From an uncultured Spirochaetota bacterium (GTDB taxonomy: Bacteria > Spirochaetota > Spirochaetia > SZUA-6 > Fen-1364), in contig CAWAHW010000001.1 in the NCBI GenBank assembly GCA_963781885.1, forward strand, positions 192,001 to 256,000: 64,000 nucleotides of DNA. Direction: 5' to 3'. Shown piece after piece: positions 30,195 through 40,115 of the stretch (the stretch's first letter is position 1; each line of letters opens with the position of its first letter). A program made the translations under genes and the position numbers. The notes beneath the pieces are model-generated. The model was not told the origin of the DNA and made no database searches. It was given only the letters and a program-made list of their open reading frames with translations.

Positions 30195-30870
30195 CTAGAT
30201 GCGGCGTCGTGCCGCGTCAAATCGTTGGCGCAATTGTTCCAGCGTCAGTCCCGCCGTATCGGGGAGCAGCCAGTCGGCGCCGGGAAGCTCCCGACCGATG
30301 CCGACCGCGAACATGCCCGCTGCTTTGATGGCCTGCACGCCCACGGCTGCATCCTCGACGCCGACGCAGTTCTGGATCGGCACGTCGACGCCCGCGGCTG
30401 CCTCGAAGAATATCTCGGGGTCGGGCTTGCCTTTCAGGATCTTCCCGGCGTCCACCAGGTAATCGATGGACCCTTCGATGCCCAGGTGCCGGACGATGCC
30501 CGGCGCGCTCCTGCTCGCCGAGGCCACGGCGATCCTGATCCCGCCCGCCCTGAGCTCTGAAAGAAGCTCCGCGATGCCGGGCAGGATGTCGCCCGGGGTG
30601 AGCGTGGCAAGGAGCTCCTGGTAGTACCCGTTCTTGCGCGCCGCCAGTGCCTCGAGCTCCGCGCGCCTCTTCTCGACGCCGGCCGTGCGCAGGATGATCT
30701 GGAGGCTGTCCAGCCGGCCGACCCCGCGCAGGTTCTCGTTTACGGTTCTATCGAAGGGAATGCCCTCTTCCCGGCAGAGCCGATTCCAGGCCCGGAAATG
30801 CAGCTCCGCGGTGTCCGTGAGGACGCCGTCAAGATCGAAGATGACGCATTCCAGACCGGGGCGCGCAATC
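30195..30870 (-). CDS. pgmB: Beta-phosphoglucomutase (HAD); possibly the C-terminal domain of the GH65 gene
   Basis: IFDLDGVLTDTAELH, ASAS, GKPDPEIF, VEDAAVG; no convincing own start codon or RBS. Confidence 0.88.
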
Positions 30871-33201
30871 GACGGACACGGAAGCCCCGGGCGCAAGTGA
30901 AAGCTCGCGGCCCCGATGCGCGATGGAGAGCTGCTGACCCTCAATGAGACGGTAGGTGGCCGCGTCGCGGGTGAAGACGGCTTCCAGGAGCCTTCCTTTC
31001 CAGCGCAGCCGGAAGCAGAGCCTTTCCCACGCGGCGGGAAGCAGGGGGGAAAAGCCCAGGCGGCCGTCAAAATCGCGCATGCCCGCGAAGCCCTGGACGA
31101 TGGAGATCCACGTGCCCGCCATGGCGGCGGTATGCACCCCGTCCTCCACGTTGCCGTTCAGGTCGTCCAGGTCCATGCGGGCCGTGCGGGAGAAATAGGC
31201 GTAGGCCGCCTCGGTGTAGCCGAGCTCCGCCGCCGCGACGCTCTGGATGCACGGTGAAAGCGAGGAATCGCCAGTCGTGAGCGGGTCGTAGAAATCGAAG
31301 TTGCGCTTCTTCTCCGCAAGGGAGAAACGGTCGCCCAGGAGCACCTGCGCGAGCACGACGTCGGGCTGTTTCAGCACCTGGCGTCTGTAGATCACCAGGG
31401 GATGATAGTGGAGAAGAAGCGGATAGTTTTCCGCCGGGGTGCCTTCAAAATCCCAGGGAACGCGGTCCAGGAAGGAGTCGTCCTGCACGTGGATGCCCAG
31501 CGCCGGATCGAATGGCATGCACATGCGTGACGCGGCGCGGCGCCATTCCGCCGGCTCGCCGTCCCCGAGATGGATGGCCGCCGCAATGCGTCGGAGGGTC
31601 TCGGGCTCCTCGGCGGCCAGCGTGTCGGCGACCCGCGCGGCATACGCGAGATTTTCCTGCGCCATGATATTCGTGTAAAAGTTGTTGTTCACGAGCGCCG
31701 AATATTCATCGGGGCCCGTCACCTCATTGATGCAGAACGCATCCCCCTTGCGGGGCACGTAGCTTCCCAGGTCCACCCAGAGGCGCGCCGTCTCGAAAAG
31801 AAGCTCGGCGCCGCGCTCCCGCAGCAGCTCGCGGTCGTCCGTTGCCGCGACGTAGACGCGAAGCGCGTGGGCGATGTCGGCGTTGATGTGATACTGGGCC
31901 GTGCCGGCAGGGTAGTACGGCGACGTTTCCTCGCCGCCGATGGTGCGCCAGGGAAAGAGCGCGCCCTTCTGGCTCATCTCCGCCGCGCGCGCACGAGCCT
32001 TGTCCAGGATGGAGCAGCGGTAGCGCAGGAGCGCATGCGCGATCCCGGGATGCGTATAGGTGAAAAAAGGCAGGACGTATATCTCCGCGTCCCAGAAGTA
32101 GTGTCCCTCGTAGCCTTCACCCGTAAGCCCCTTGGCGGCGATGCTCGTGCGGCCGTCCCGACCCGCTGATTGGAAAAGGCTGTAGAGATTATAGCGCAGG
32201 CCCTGTTGGAGCAGATCGTCCCCGTCGATCTCCACGTCCGCCGCGTGCCAGAAATCATCCAGGACCGCGCGCTGCTCCGCCAGGAGCGTCTCGAAGCCCG
32301 CCCTTTCCGCGTCCTGCGCCTCGGAGGCCGCGCGCACGGCGCATCCGGCCTGCGCGGTGTCCCGCGAGGAGCAGTAGCCGATGAGCTTGGTCATATGGAT
32401 GCTCGGTGCGCCCGGAGCCGCGGCTGCGTCGGACAGCTCGATGACCGTCTCGATCTCGTCCTGCCCCTCGCGGGAAGTGACTGTCGGGTCGCGCGCCCAT
32501 GTCCGGGCGTCGAGTGCATGGACGACGGCGCAGGCAACGGTGAAGCCCGTGTTCCGCGTCTGCTGCACCACGTGGCCTCGCAGCCCATCGACGCCCCGGT
32601 CCGTCGTCGTGAGCGGCCTTTCGCGAAAATGCGACCCCTTGCGCGGGTCGTCGCCCATTGGCTGATTGTGCACGTCGCCGTCGATGCCGGAGCGGATGAC
32701 CATCTTGCCGTGGCCGTCGAGCAGCGTCATGGACCAGTCGATGGCCGCCACGCGGGGCCTGCGGAAGCTTACCAGACGCCGGGTCGAAAGCTCGATGCGG
32801 CGGCCCCCGGGCGACCTCCACTGGACGACGCGCTGGAGCGTGCCTGCCCGCATGTCCAGCGTTCGCTCGAAAGAAAGGATCGTGCCGGTGGAAAGATCGA
32901 AGGGCTCGCCGTCCACGGTGAAGCGGATCGGCGTGCCGTCCAGGACATTGAGCATCACCTGCCGATTCTTCGCGTACCCGTAGGCCACCTCGCCGTAGAC
33001 GATGGGCGTCTCGTCGAAGAAGCCGTTCAGGTACGTGCCCCTCACGCTGGAGGGAAAGCCCTCCTCGAAGCTTCCGCGGATTCCAAGCCCTCCATTGGCG
33101 AGCGCGAATATCGTCTCATTGCGCACGGCGAGCGCGGGATCGAAGGAAGTCTCGCGGATGCACCACGGCTCGGGAGCATAGAGGGTGCGTGCGCTGCCCA
33201 T
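30829..33201 (-). CDS. GH65 alpha-glucoside phosphorylase (maltose/trehalose/kojibiose type)
   Basis: KGLTGEGYEGHYFWDAE, GALFPWRT, GPDEY, KQPDV, GDSSLS. Confidence 0.92.
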   Translation of the reverse strand: MGSARTLYAPEPWCIRETSFDPALAVRNETIFALANGGLGIRGSFEEGFPSSVRGTYLNGFFDETPIVYGEVAYGYAKNRQVMLNVLDGTPIRFTVDGEPFDLSTGTILSFERTLDMRAGTLQRVVQWRSPGGRRIELSTRRLVSFRRPRVAAIDWSMTLLDGHGKMVIRSGIDGDVHNQPMGDDPRKGSHFRERPLTTTDRGVDGLRGHVVQQTRNTGFTVACAVVHALDARTWARDPTVTSREGQDEIETVIELSDAAAAPGAPSIHMTKLIGYCSSRDTAQAGCAVRAASEAQDAERAGFETLLAEQRAVLDDFWHAADVEIDGDDLLQQGLRYNLYSLFQSAGRDGRTSIAAKGLTGEGYEGHYFWDAEIYVLPFFTYTHPGIAHALLRYRCSILDKARARAAEMSQKGALFPWRTIGGEETSPYYPAGTAQYHINADIAHALRVYVAATDDRELLRERGAELLFETARLWVDLGSYVPRKGDAFCINEVTGPDEYSALVNNNFYTNIMAQENLAYAARVADTLAAEEPETLRRIAAAIHLGDGEPAEWRRAASRMCMPFDPALGIHVQDDSFLDRVPWDFEGTPAENYPLLLHYHPLVIYRRQVLKQPDVVLAQVLLGDRFSLAEKKRNFDFYDPLTTGDSSLSPCIQSVAAAELGYTEAAYAYFSRTARMDLDDLNGNVEDGVHTAAMAGTWISIVQGFAGMRDFDGRLGFSPLLPAAWERLCFRLRWKGRLLEAVFTRDAATYRLIEGQQLSIAHRGRELSLAPGASVSVDCAPRSGMRHLRS

Positions 33202-33214
33202 GCGAACGTCGGCC

Positions 33215-34234
33215 TCAGACCGGACCGCAGCTATCCCGCAGGGCGAGCGCGGTATGCAGGAGCTTTCGCGGGCAGGGGGCGGGCCTACCCCGGAGCTTGC
33301 CGATGAGGAGGCGGGCCGCCTCCGCCCCGAGCCCCGGTGCGGGGTTTGTCACCGTGGTGAGGGGCGGATTCACGTAACGGGAGAGCAGGTCGTCGTCGAA
33401 ACCGATGACCGACACGTCCCCGGGTATGGAAAGACCCGCGTCCTTGATCGCCTGGATGGCGCCATACGCCACGACGTCGTTGCCCGCAAACAGCGCCGTC
33501 GGCCGCGGCTTGCGCGCGAGGATCTCCCGCATGGCGCGGTACCCGCTTGCCTCGGAGAGATCCCCTTCCCGGACCCACGCGGACCGCACGGGAAGCCCCG
33601 CGTCGCGCAGCGTCTCGCGAAAACCCTCCAGCCTCTCGCGCGCGGCGTAGAAGGAGAGCGGCGCATGGCCGATCATGCCGATGGCGCGGTGCCCGAGGGA
33701 GATGAGGTGGCGCACCGCGGATGCCGCCGCGGCCTTGTTGTCGATGTCGATCTGGCAGACGTCGGGCCGGGACACCGTGCCGATCACGACAAGGGGGAAT
33801 CCGGAATCGATCACCTCGGTGAGGCCCTTGTCGTCGTCGTGCGTGTTCATGAGGATGATGCCGTCCACGTTGTCCTGCCGCGCCAGGTGCAGGTAGTCCA
33901 TCTGCTTCAGCTTCAGGGGCTGGAGCACGAGCTGGAAGCGCGCCTTGTTGAGCACGGGGGTCATGCCCTCCAGGATGCGGATGACGTACGCATCGGAGGA
34001 GACGTAGCCGGAATGCGGGATGAAGAAGCCGATGGAATTGTGCTTCACCATCGCCACGCTGCGCGCCTTCTCGTTGGGCGTGTAGGAAAGGGCGCGCGCC
34101 GCCTCCAGCACCTTCTGGCGCGTCTCCTCGGGGATGGCCTTCCCCGGCGTGCTGTTCAGCACGAAGGAAACCGTGGTGCGGGAGACGCCGGCCTTGAGCG
34201 CGACGTCGGAAGAGGATGCCCTTTTCCCTTTCAT
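33215..34234 (-). CDS. LacI-family transcriptional regulator
   Basis: DVALKAGVSRTTVSFVLN HTH; NDVVAYG; GFDD; PPLTTV. Confidence 0.95.
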   Translation of the reverse strand: MKGKRASSSDVALKAGVSRTTVSFVLNSTPGKAIPEETRQKVLEAARALSYTPNEKARSVAMVKHNSIGFFIPHSGYVSSDAYVIRILEGMTPVLNKARFQLVLQPLKLKQMDYLHLARQDNVDGIILMNTHDDDKGLTEVIDSGFPLVVIGTVSRPDVCQIDIDNKAAAASAVRHLISLGHRAIGMIGHAPLSFYAARERLEGFRETLRDAGLPVRSAWVREGDLSEASGYRAMREILARKPRPTALFAGNDVVAYGAIQAIKDAGLSIPGDVSVIGFDDDLLSRYVNPPLTTVTNPAPGLGAEAARLLIGKLRGRPAPCPRKLLHTALALRDSCGPV

Positions 34235-34235
34235 C

Positions 34236-35123
34236 TCATCCCTTGACCGAGCCGGCGAGGATGCCCTTCACGAAATACTGCTGGAGCGCGAAGAACACGA
34301 CCAGCGGCAGGAGCATGGAGAGGAAGGCCGCCGCGGTGAGGAACTCCCATCCGCCGCCGTAGGAGTTCACCATGTTGCTGATCGTCACGGTCATGGGTGC
34401 GACCCGGGGCGTTCCCCCCAGGTAGATGAGGGCCACCAGCAGGTCGTTCCACACCCACATGAACTGGAAGATTGCAAGGGAGGCCAGGGCAGGGACGGAG
34501 GTGGGGATCACGAGCTGGAAGAATATCTGCGCGTGGGTCGCCCCATCCAGTCCCGCGGACTCCATCATTTCCCCGGGGAGCTCGCCGATGAAATTGCGCA
34601 GGAGGTAAATGGCAAAGGGCAGGCCGTAGGCGGTATGCGCGATCCAGACGGCGGGGAACGTTCCCGTGATGCCCATGCCGTTGAAGAGCCTGAGCACCGG
34701 GATGAGCGTGACCTGCAGAGGCACGACCAGGAGCCCGACGACGATAAGGAAGAGCACGGTCCTGCCCCTGAACTTCATCCAGGCGAACGCGTAGGCGGCA
34801 AACGCGGCGATGAGGATCGGCATCACCGTGGCGGGGATGGCGATGAGGAGGCTGTTGAGAAAGCTCTGCCCCATGTTCGCCTGGCCGATCACGTGACCGT
34901 AATTCTCCAGCGTGAAGCGGAAGGGCGTCGTGAATGCCCGCCACCAGCCGGTGGTGGAGATGAGGGAGGCGGGCCGCAGCGACGAGACGAAGAGCCCGAC
35001 AGTGGGAAGGAGCCAGAAGAGGCTGATGACGATGAGCACGAGATGGAGGACGCCTCGCCCGGCGAGCTGGGCGGCGAATGTCGAGAGCCTGTTCCTTCGC
35101 GGTGCGATCTGCATGGCGTCCAC
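34236..35123 (-). CDS. Carbohydrate ABC transporter permease (AglG-like)
   Basis: Multiple TMs; EAA motif ESAGLDGA; WNDLL. Confidence 0.93.
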   Translation of the reverse strand: MDAMQIAPRRNRLSTFAAQLAGRGVLHLVLIVISLFWLLPTVGLFVSSLRPASLISTTGWWRAFTTPFRFTLENYGHVIGQANMGQSFLNSLLIAIPATVMPILIAAFAAYAFAWMKFRGRTVLFLIVVGLLVVPLQVTLIPVLRLFNGMGITGTFPAVWIAHTAYGLPFAIYLLRNFIGELPGEMMESAGLDGATHAQIFFQLVIPTSVPALASLAIFQFMWVWNDLLVALIYLGGTPRVAPMTVTISNMVNSYGGGWEFLTAAAFLSMLLPLVVFFALQQYFVKGILAGSVKG

Positions 35124-35124
35124 T

Positions 35125-36093
35125 CTAGCCCCCTGTCCGGCCGAAGCGGCGGATATTGAGCACCATCACCGGGATGATGGCCAGCAGCAGGATCACCGCG
35201 AATGCGCTGGCGCGGCCGAAATTCTGGTAGTTGAACATTTCCTTGTACATCCTGTTGGCAATCACGTCCGTATCGAGGCTGCCATTCGTCATCACGTAGA
35301 CGACATCGAAGATCTTCAGCACCGTGATCACGAGCGTGGTCGTCACCACCGTGAGGGTGGACCGCATGAGGGGGAGGATGATGCTGAAGAAGATGCGCCC
35401 TTCCCGAGCGCCGTCGATGCGCGCCGCCTCGATGAGGGACACCGAGATGCCCTTCAACCCGGCGGAGAGGATCACCATCGCGAAGCCCACCCACATCCAG
35501 ATGCCGACGATGATGAGGGCCCAGTTGTTCTCTGACTTGTTGAAGAGCCACGCCTGGGGCTTGAAGTTGTGGGACAGCGCGCTCAGGATTGCATTCACCG
35601 TTCCCACCTGCGCCGCACCGGCGGGCTGGTACTGGTACATGAATTTCCAGATTACACCCGCCGCCACGAATGATATCGCCATGGGCAGGAAGATGAGCGC
35701 CTTCACCGCCTTTTCATAGCGCACGCGGTCGGTGAGAACGGCGATCAGGAGCCCGACCGTCACGGTCACGAGCGTGAAGACGACGAGCCACACGAGATTG
35801 TTCCGCAGCACCACCAGCATGTTCGGGTCGGTGAAGATGTAGCGGAAATTGGCAAAGCCGGCGGGCTTCGTCGAATTGGCATTGAAGAAGCTCAGGACGG
35901 CCGTGTTCACGGTGGGATAGACCAGGAAGGCGGCCAGGAGCACGAGGGAGGGCGCCAGCCACAGCCATGGCCGCGCGCCGCCGTGCGCGCGGGAGGCCCT
36001 GCTTTTCAGCGCCGCCTCGACGGCGAAGATGTAGCCGCCGAGCACGAGCGGCACGCCCGCGATGGCGACAATGGCCCACAAGACATTCGTCAT
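35125..36093 (-). CDS. Carbohydrate ABC transporter permease (AglF-like)
   Basis: Multiple TMs; EAARIDGA; LKIFDVV. Confidence 0.93.
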   Translation of the reverse strand: MTNVLWAIVAIAGVPLVLGGYIFAVEAALKSRASRAHGGARPWLWLAPSLVLLAAFLVYPTVNTAVLSFFNANSTKPAGFANFRYIFTDPNMLVVLRNNLVWLVVFTLVTVTVGLLIAVLTDRVRYEKAVKALIFLPMAISFVAAGVIWKFMYQYQPAGAAQVGTVNAILSALSHNFKPQAWLFNKSENNWALIIVGIWMWVGFAMVILSAGLKGISVSLIEAARIDGAREGRIFFSIILPLMRSTLTVVTTTLVITVLKIFDVVYVMTNGSLDTDVIANRMYKEMFNYQNFGRASAFAVILLLAIIPVMVLNIRRFGRTGG

Positions 36094-36109
36094 GGTGTCC
36101 TCACAGGAA

Positions 36110-36134
36110 TCGGGGGGCCGTCATGGCCCCCCGA
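36110..36134 (-). other. Strong intercistronic stem-loop after the solute-binding protein gene
   Basis: TCGGGGGGCC-GTCAT-GGCCCCCCGA, a perfect 10-bp stem. Confidence 0.7.
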
Positions 36135-36146
36135 AAAACGATCAGG

Positions 36147-37451
36147 TCACGATCCACTGTAGGCGTCCTGCCGGACCTTGTCGAGGTCGGCGAGGATGCT
36201 GTCCAGCTGGTCCGGGTTCGCGAGATAGCTCATGATGGCCGACCAGAACGCGGTGTTCATCTTGCTGGGCATCATGTCGGATGCGTCGAACACGGCGATG
36301 TCGGCGGAGGTGAGGATCTGCGCGGCGCCCTTGCTGAGCGGGTCCGGGTAGTCCGTGAGCGGGACGGCACGGTTGGGCGAGATGCCGTTCGCCGGCTTCA
36401 CCCAGAAGTCCTGCGCGTCGGCGCTCGTCACATAAGTGATCAGGGCGGTGGACTGCGGGGTCTTCTTGAACATGCCGAACAGGTCACCGGCGATCTCCAC
36501 CGCCTTCGCGTATTTCGGGTCGATGGAGGGGAAGCCGAAGAAGTTGAAATCGTCCACCGGCTTCAAGTCGGGATACTGCTTCTGGATGAAGCTCTGGATG
36601 AACGTGGCCTGGAAATGGAAATAGGCGGCGGGCGGCGTCTGGAAGACCGGCGTGAAGGCGCTGCCGAAGTTGGTGGAAAGCTCGTACTGGCTTCCGCCGT
36701 AGGTCATCTTCGGATCGGCGACGATCTTGCCCCACGCCTGCCAGACGGACTTCATCTCAGGAGAGCTCCAGGCGAGCTTCCCGTCGTACCATGCCTTGTA
36801 CTTGTCGGGCCCGTACATATGCAGGAATATGTTCTCCAGCCAGTCGGTGCCCGTCCAGCCGCTGGCCGCGCCGCTTTCCACGCCAACGGCCCAGGGCGTC
36901 GCGCCCTTTGCCGCGATGGCCTGCGACGTGCTCAGGAGCTGGTCCCAGGTGGTCGGGAGCTTCACACCCGCCGCCTGGATGTTCTTCGGGTCATACCAGA
37001 TCAGGCCCTTGAGCGATGCCTTGGTGAAGATGCCCACCAGCTTGCCATCGACGCTTCCCAGGTCCAGCCAGCTCTGCGCGTAGGCCTTCTTCATGGCCGC
37101 CAGGTCCAGCACGCCGGAGAGGTCCACCATCTTGCCCTGGCGCGCGAACTCCGCCATCTTGCCCGGCCCGGGCAGGGCGGCGAGGTCCGGTGGGTTTCCC
37201 GCCGCGACGCGCGTCGTGAGCACGGCGTCCAGGTCCCGGGTCCCTTCGAATTCGACCTTGATGCCCGTCTTGTCCTGGAAGGGGGCGATCATGGAGTTGA
37301 AGATGTCCAGCTCCTGGCCTCCCCAGACTCCCAGCACGGAAACGGAGCCTCCTACTTTTCCACCTGTCTGCGTGCTTTCGCTCGAACCGGCGGCATAGAG
37401 CAGCGCACCGGAGGCGAAAAGCACCATGAGAGTCAGCACAACCCGTCTCAT
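36147..37451 (-). CDS. ABC transporter sugar-binding protein (AglE-like, alpha-glucosides)
   Basis: Signal peptide; AGNPPDLAALPGPG, KGLIWY, ESGAASGWTGTDWLE, FDASDMMP. Confidence 0.9.
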   Translation of the reverse strand: MRRVVLTLMVLFASGALLYAAGSSESTQTGGKVGGSVSVLGVWGGQELDIFNSMIAPFQDKTGIKVEFEGTRDLDAVLTTRVAAGNPPDLAALPGPGKMAEFARQGKMVDLSGVLDLAAMKKAYAQSWLDLGSVDGKLVGIFTKASLKGLIWYDPKNIQAAGVKLPTTWDQLLSTSQAIAAKGATPWAVGVESGAASGWTGTDWLENIFLHMYGPDKYKAWYDGKLAWSSPEMKSVWQAWGKIVADPKMTYGGSQYELSTNFGSAFTPVFQTPPAAYFHFQATFIQSFIQKQYPDLKPVDDFNFFGFPSIDPKYAKAVEIAGDLFGMFKKTPQSTALITYVTSADAQDFWVKPANGISPNRAVPLTDYPDPLSKGAAQILTSADIAVFDASDMMPSKMNTAFWSAIMSYLANPDQLDSILADLDKVRQDAYSGS

Positions 37452-37478
37452 GTATTTCTCCTTTCCTTGTCGTTCTGT

Positions 37479-37531
37479 GTAACTAACAAGAGTTACTAAC
37501 GCAGAGTAGCACGGGTCGTTTCACAACGCAA
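37479..37531 (-). promoter_or_regulatory. Promoter and putative LacI-type operator of the alpha-glucoside operon
   Basis: Minus strand TTGCGT-N17-TACTCT (37531..37503) with TG extension; inverted repeat GTAACT-N6-AGTTAC at 37479-37496. Confidence 0.6.
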
Positions 37532-37668
37532 GAAGAATTTTCATTGTCCCAGACGGCGCTCTTCATCATCTGACGGACGGAAAATCGCCGCCGACCTGAG
37601 TCACTGACGGAACACCCCGGCAGACAAATGTTTCCCGGTTCGCCGCATGCGGGACGACCCGGCGCTCC

Positions 37669-38703
37669 TCAGGGGGAGACCGCTGGGTCCCGCTCCCTCG
37701 GGTAGCGATGCTCGCGGCCGTCGGGGCCGCGCAGGATGTAGGCATCTTCCTCGATACGCAGGAGGGAGGATTCTATCGGCACCTTCCCGGCGCCATGCGG
37801 CAGATCGACCGCGTAGGTGGGCAGGGCGAGGCCCGAGACGCGGGCGCGCAGCTCCCGCATCAGCTCGATGCCCCGCTCGATGGAGACGCGGAAATGCGAG
37901 GTGCCCGCGGCGAGATCGCCCTGGAAAAGGTAGTAGGGCTTCACGCCGGCCCGCGCCAGGCCGCGGAAAAGCTCCTCCAGCGTGTCGGCGTCGTCGTTGA
38001 TGCCGCGCAGGAGCACGGTCTGGTCGAGCACGGGGATGCCCGCGGCGAGCAACCTCCGCACGGCGGCGCGGAAATCGTCGGAGAGCTCGCGCGGGTGGTC
38101 GGCATGAATCACGGCCCAGATCGAATCGAACGAGCCCAGCATGCGCGCAAGCGCTTCCGTCACGCGTAAGGGAAGAAAGACCGGCATGCGCGTGCAGATC
38201 CTCACGATGTAGCGGGCATCGACCTTTTTCAGCCGGCCGATGATGGCCTCCAGCTCCTGGTCGGAGAGCATGAGCGGGTCCCCGCCCGACAGCAGGATCT
38301 CCTTGATGCCCGGGGCGGCCGAAAGATACGCGCAGGCGTCCTCGAGCTGGCTTTCGGTGATGCGTCCCCCGCCGTGCCCGGTGAAATGGCGACGGAAGCA
38401 GAATCGACAGTAGGTGGCGCAGCGGTCGCTCACGAGCAGGAGGGCGCGGTCGGGGTAGTGGTGGACGAGCCTTTCGGTTGCAAGGTAGCGCGTGTCGCCG
38501 ATGGGATCGTCGGTTTCGTAGGGAAGCGTCACGCGCTCGGCATCGGTGGGCACGTACTGCGCAGCGATCGGATCGCGCCGAGGATCCTCGCTTCGTGCGA
38601 GTCGCGCGAAGGCAGGAGTCACCCCGTAGGGCAGGCGCGTGACCGGCTCGATTTTTTGCTTCGTCTGGCCGGCAGGATGAGGACCGGCAACCTCCTCGTG
38701 CAT
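37669..38703 (-). CDS. KamA-family radical SAM enzyme (lysine 2,3-aminomutase-like)
   Basis: HHYPDRAL, CATYCRFCFRR (CX3CX2C), SGGDPL, YYLFQGD, VDLPHGAGK. Start at 38703 lies 7 nt below TTGCCC-N17-TATCTT. Confidence 0.9.
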   Translation of the reverse strand: MHEEVAGPHPAGQTKQKIEPVTRLPYGVTPAFARLARSEDPRRDPIAAQYVPTDAERVTLPYETDDPIGDTRYLATERLVHHYPDRALLLVSDRCATYCRFCFRRHFTGHGGGRITESQLEDACAYLSAAPGIKEILLSGGDPLMLSDQELEAIIGRLKKVDARYIVRICTRMPVFLPLRVTEALARMLGSFDSIWAVIHADHPRELSDDFRAAVRRLLAAGIPVLDQTVLLRGINDDADTLEELFRGLARAGVKPYYLFQGDLAAGTSHFRVSIERGIELMRELRARVSGLALPTYAVDLPHGAGKVPIESSLLRIEEDAYILRGPDGREHRYPRERDPAVSP

Positions 38704-38779
38704 GCAGATCAAGATAGAGGAGATCGACAGGCAGGGCAATGCGCGCTCCACAACCGTGGCGGCCGGCCTGAAACAGACC

Positions 38780-39886
38780 TCATGCCGGGCGTCCGTAGCG
38801 CGCGTTGTGCCGGAAGAGCTCCCGCATGATGCCGCTGAGGGCGTCGCGCGGCATGCTCTCCTTCTCCACGAAGTAGCGGCCGATCAGCCGGTGCCGCGCG
38901 CGCTGGAGACGGAGAATGCGCTCCACGTCCTTGGCCGAAAGGAGACGAAGCCGCTGCGCCGTCTGGCCCGTTTGCTCGTGACGCAGACGGGAGCCGAGTA
39001 TCTTCGCCAGGTCCTGGCCCGAGATGCTTTTCATCTCCCGCGCGAGCTCGCCGAATTTCGGCTGCGTGGCGCGCTGCCAGACGATGGCGCTGATCAGGCT
39101 CTGCCAGGAGATCCGGCCCGTATAATAGAGAAACTCCGCCAGACGCAGCTTGCGGCGGGGAACCGGGCCGTGATAGAAGAGAGCCGCGCCGCGGGAGCTG
39201 CCGGATGCATTTGCCTGGCCGCCGCTGCGGGGCTGGCCCGGACCGCGTGCTTGTCCGCCGGCTCCCTGACCCGTGCCGCGCGCTTGTCCGCCGCCGCTTG
39301 CCTGACCCGTCCCACGCGCCTGCCCGCTGCGGGGCTGGCCCGTGCCGCGCGCCTGAGCGCTGCCTTCTGCCCGCCCTGCCCCGCGTGCCTGGCCCGGCTC
39401 CGCGGCCCGGCCCTTTTCTTCGGTCTTACGCTTTTCCCCCGCGCGCTTCTGCTCCGTGTGCCGCTTTTCGCCGGCGGTGCGTTTGTCGCCCGGCTTCTGC
39501 CCCTCCCCCGGTCCCTGCCGCTCATTCGTCTTCGATTTTTCGCCGGCCTTCGGCTTTTCCCCTGCGCCGCGGCGGTCCGGCCCGGGGCGTCGCGTGCCCT
39601 GGCCGCGCGGCGCGTCGGTGCGGGAGCCTGCCCCGCGGCCCGCCGGCGAAGGATGCCCGAGGAGATAGCCCATGAGAAGCTCGTAAGCGCGGGAGGCCTC
39701 GATGAACAGGCGGCCGTCGGGGCGCCCGCCGCCGCGCCGCGCGGCGTCCGGGTGCGTGGAAACCGCAAGCACGCGGTAGGCGCGGCGGACGACTGCCACG
39801 TCGAGCTGTTGGAGGATCGCTGCCCCCTTGGCGCGCGCCGTGGGCCCGAGCAGGAGGGCGATGGCGTCGAGCAGTTTTGCATTCAT
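38780..39886 (-). CDS. J-domain (DnaJ-like) protein with a long low-complexity linker
   Basis: VRRAYRVLAVSTHPD…FIEASRAYELL; repetitive linker; C-terminal domain with repeated (K/L)(F/I)G(E/R) motifs. Confidence 0.75.
   Translation of the reverse strand: MNAKLLDAIALLLGPTARAKGAAILQQLDVAVVRRAYRVLAVSTHPDAARRGGGRPDGRLFIEASRAYELLMGYLLGHPSPAGRGAGSRTDAPRGQGTRRPGPDRRGAGEKPKAGEKSKTNERQGPGEGQKPGDKRTAGEKRHTEQKRAGEKRKTEEKGRAAEPGQARGAGRAEGSAQARGTGQPRSGQARGTGQASGGGQARGTGQGAGGQARGPGQPRSGGQANASGSSRGAALFYHGPVPRRKLRLAEFLYYTGRISWQSLISAIVWQRATQPKFGELAREMKSISGQDLAKILGSRLRHEQTGQTAQRLRLLSAKDVERILRLQRARHRLIGRYFVEKESMPRDALSGIMRELFRHNARYGRPA
39205..39570 (-). repeat. Coding tandem repeats: GQARG(T/A/P)GQ units and 6-aa xEK/GEK units
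   Basis: About five GQARGxG units and about eight 18-nt GEK-type units visible in DNA and protein. Confidence 0.75.
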
Positions 39887-39954
39887 GCGCGTCGCCGCCG
39901 CGGCGGCTCAGGAACGATACAAGCGCCGGCAGCGCTTTGCAAGGCCCGCGCCGA

Positions 39955-40115
39955 CGCAGGGACTTATCGACAACCGTTCGACGGTATATGCTACGCACAT
40001 CAATCCGCACCAGGGGCTCTCTCATCACGAGATCCAGGAGCGTTTGGAGGAGCGTCGCCCGGGGACAATTGCGGCATACGATGGCCTGAGAGGCGTGGTA
40101 GAAGGAAAAGAGTGA
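39955..40115 (+). pseudogene. C-terminal remnant of an MBL-fold (PhnP-like) metallohydrolase
   Basis: GLIDNRSTVYATHINPHQGLSHHEIQERL…IAAYDGL; its TGA overlaps the GH2 GTG start (GTGA); no N-terminal part. Confidence 0.55.

Noticed and set aside
37669-38703. KamA homolog as glutamate 2,3-aminomutase linked to the glutamate operon
   Set aside because: It retains both Asp residues equivalent to the lysine-binding D293/D330 of lysine 2,3-aminomutase (FQGD, AVDLP) and lies 11 kb from the operon.
39205-39570. CRISPR-like or non-coding repeat array
   Set aside because: The repeats are degenerate, in frame and coding, with no unique spacers and no cas genes.
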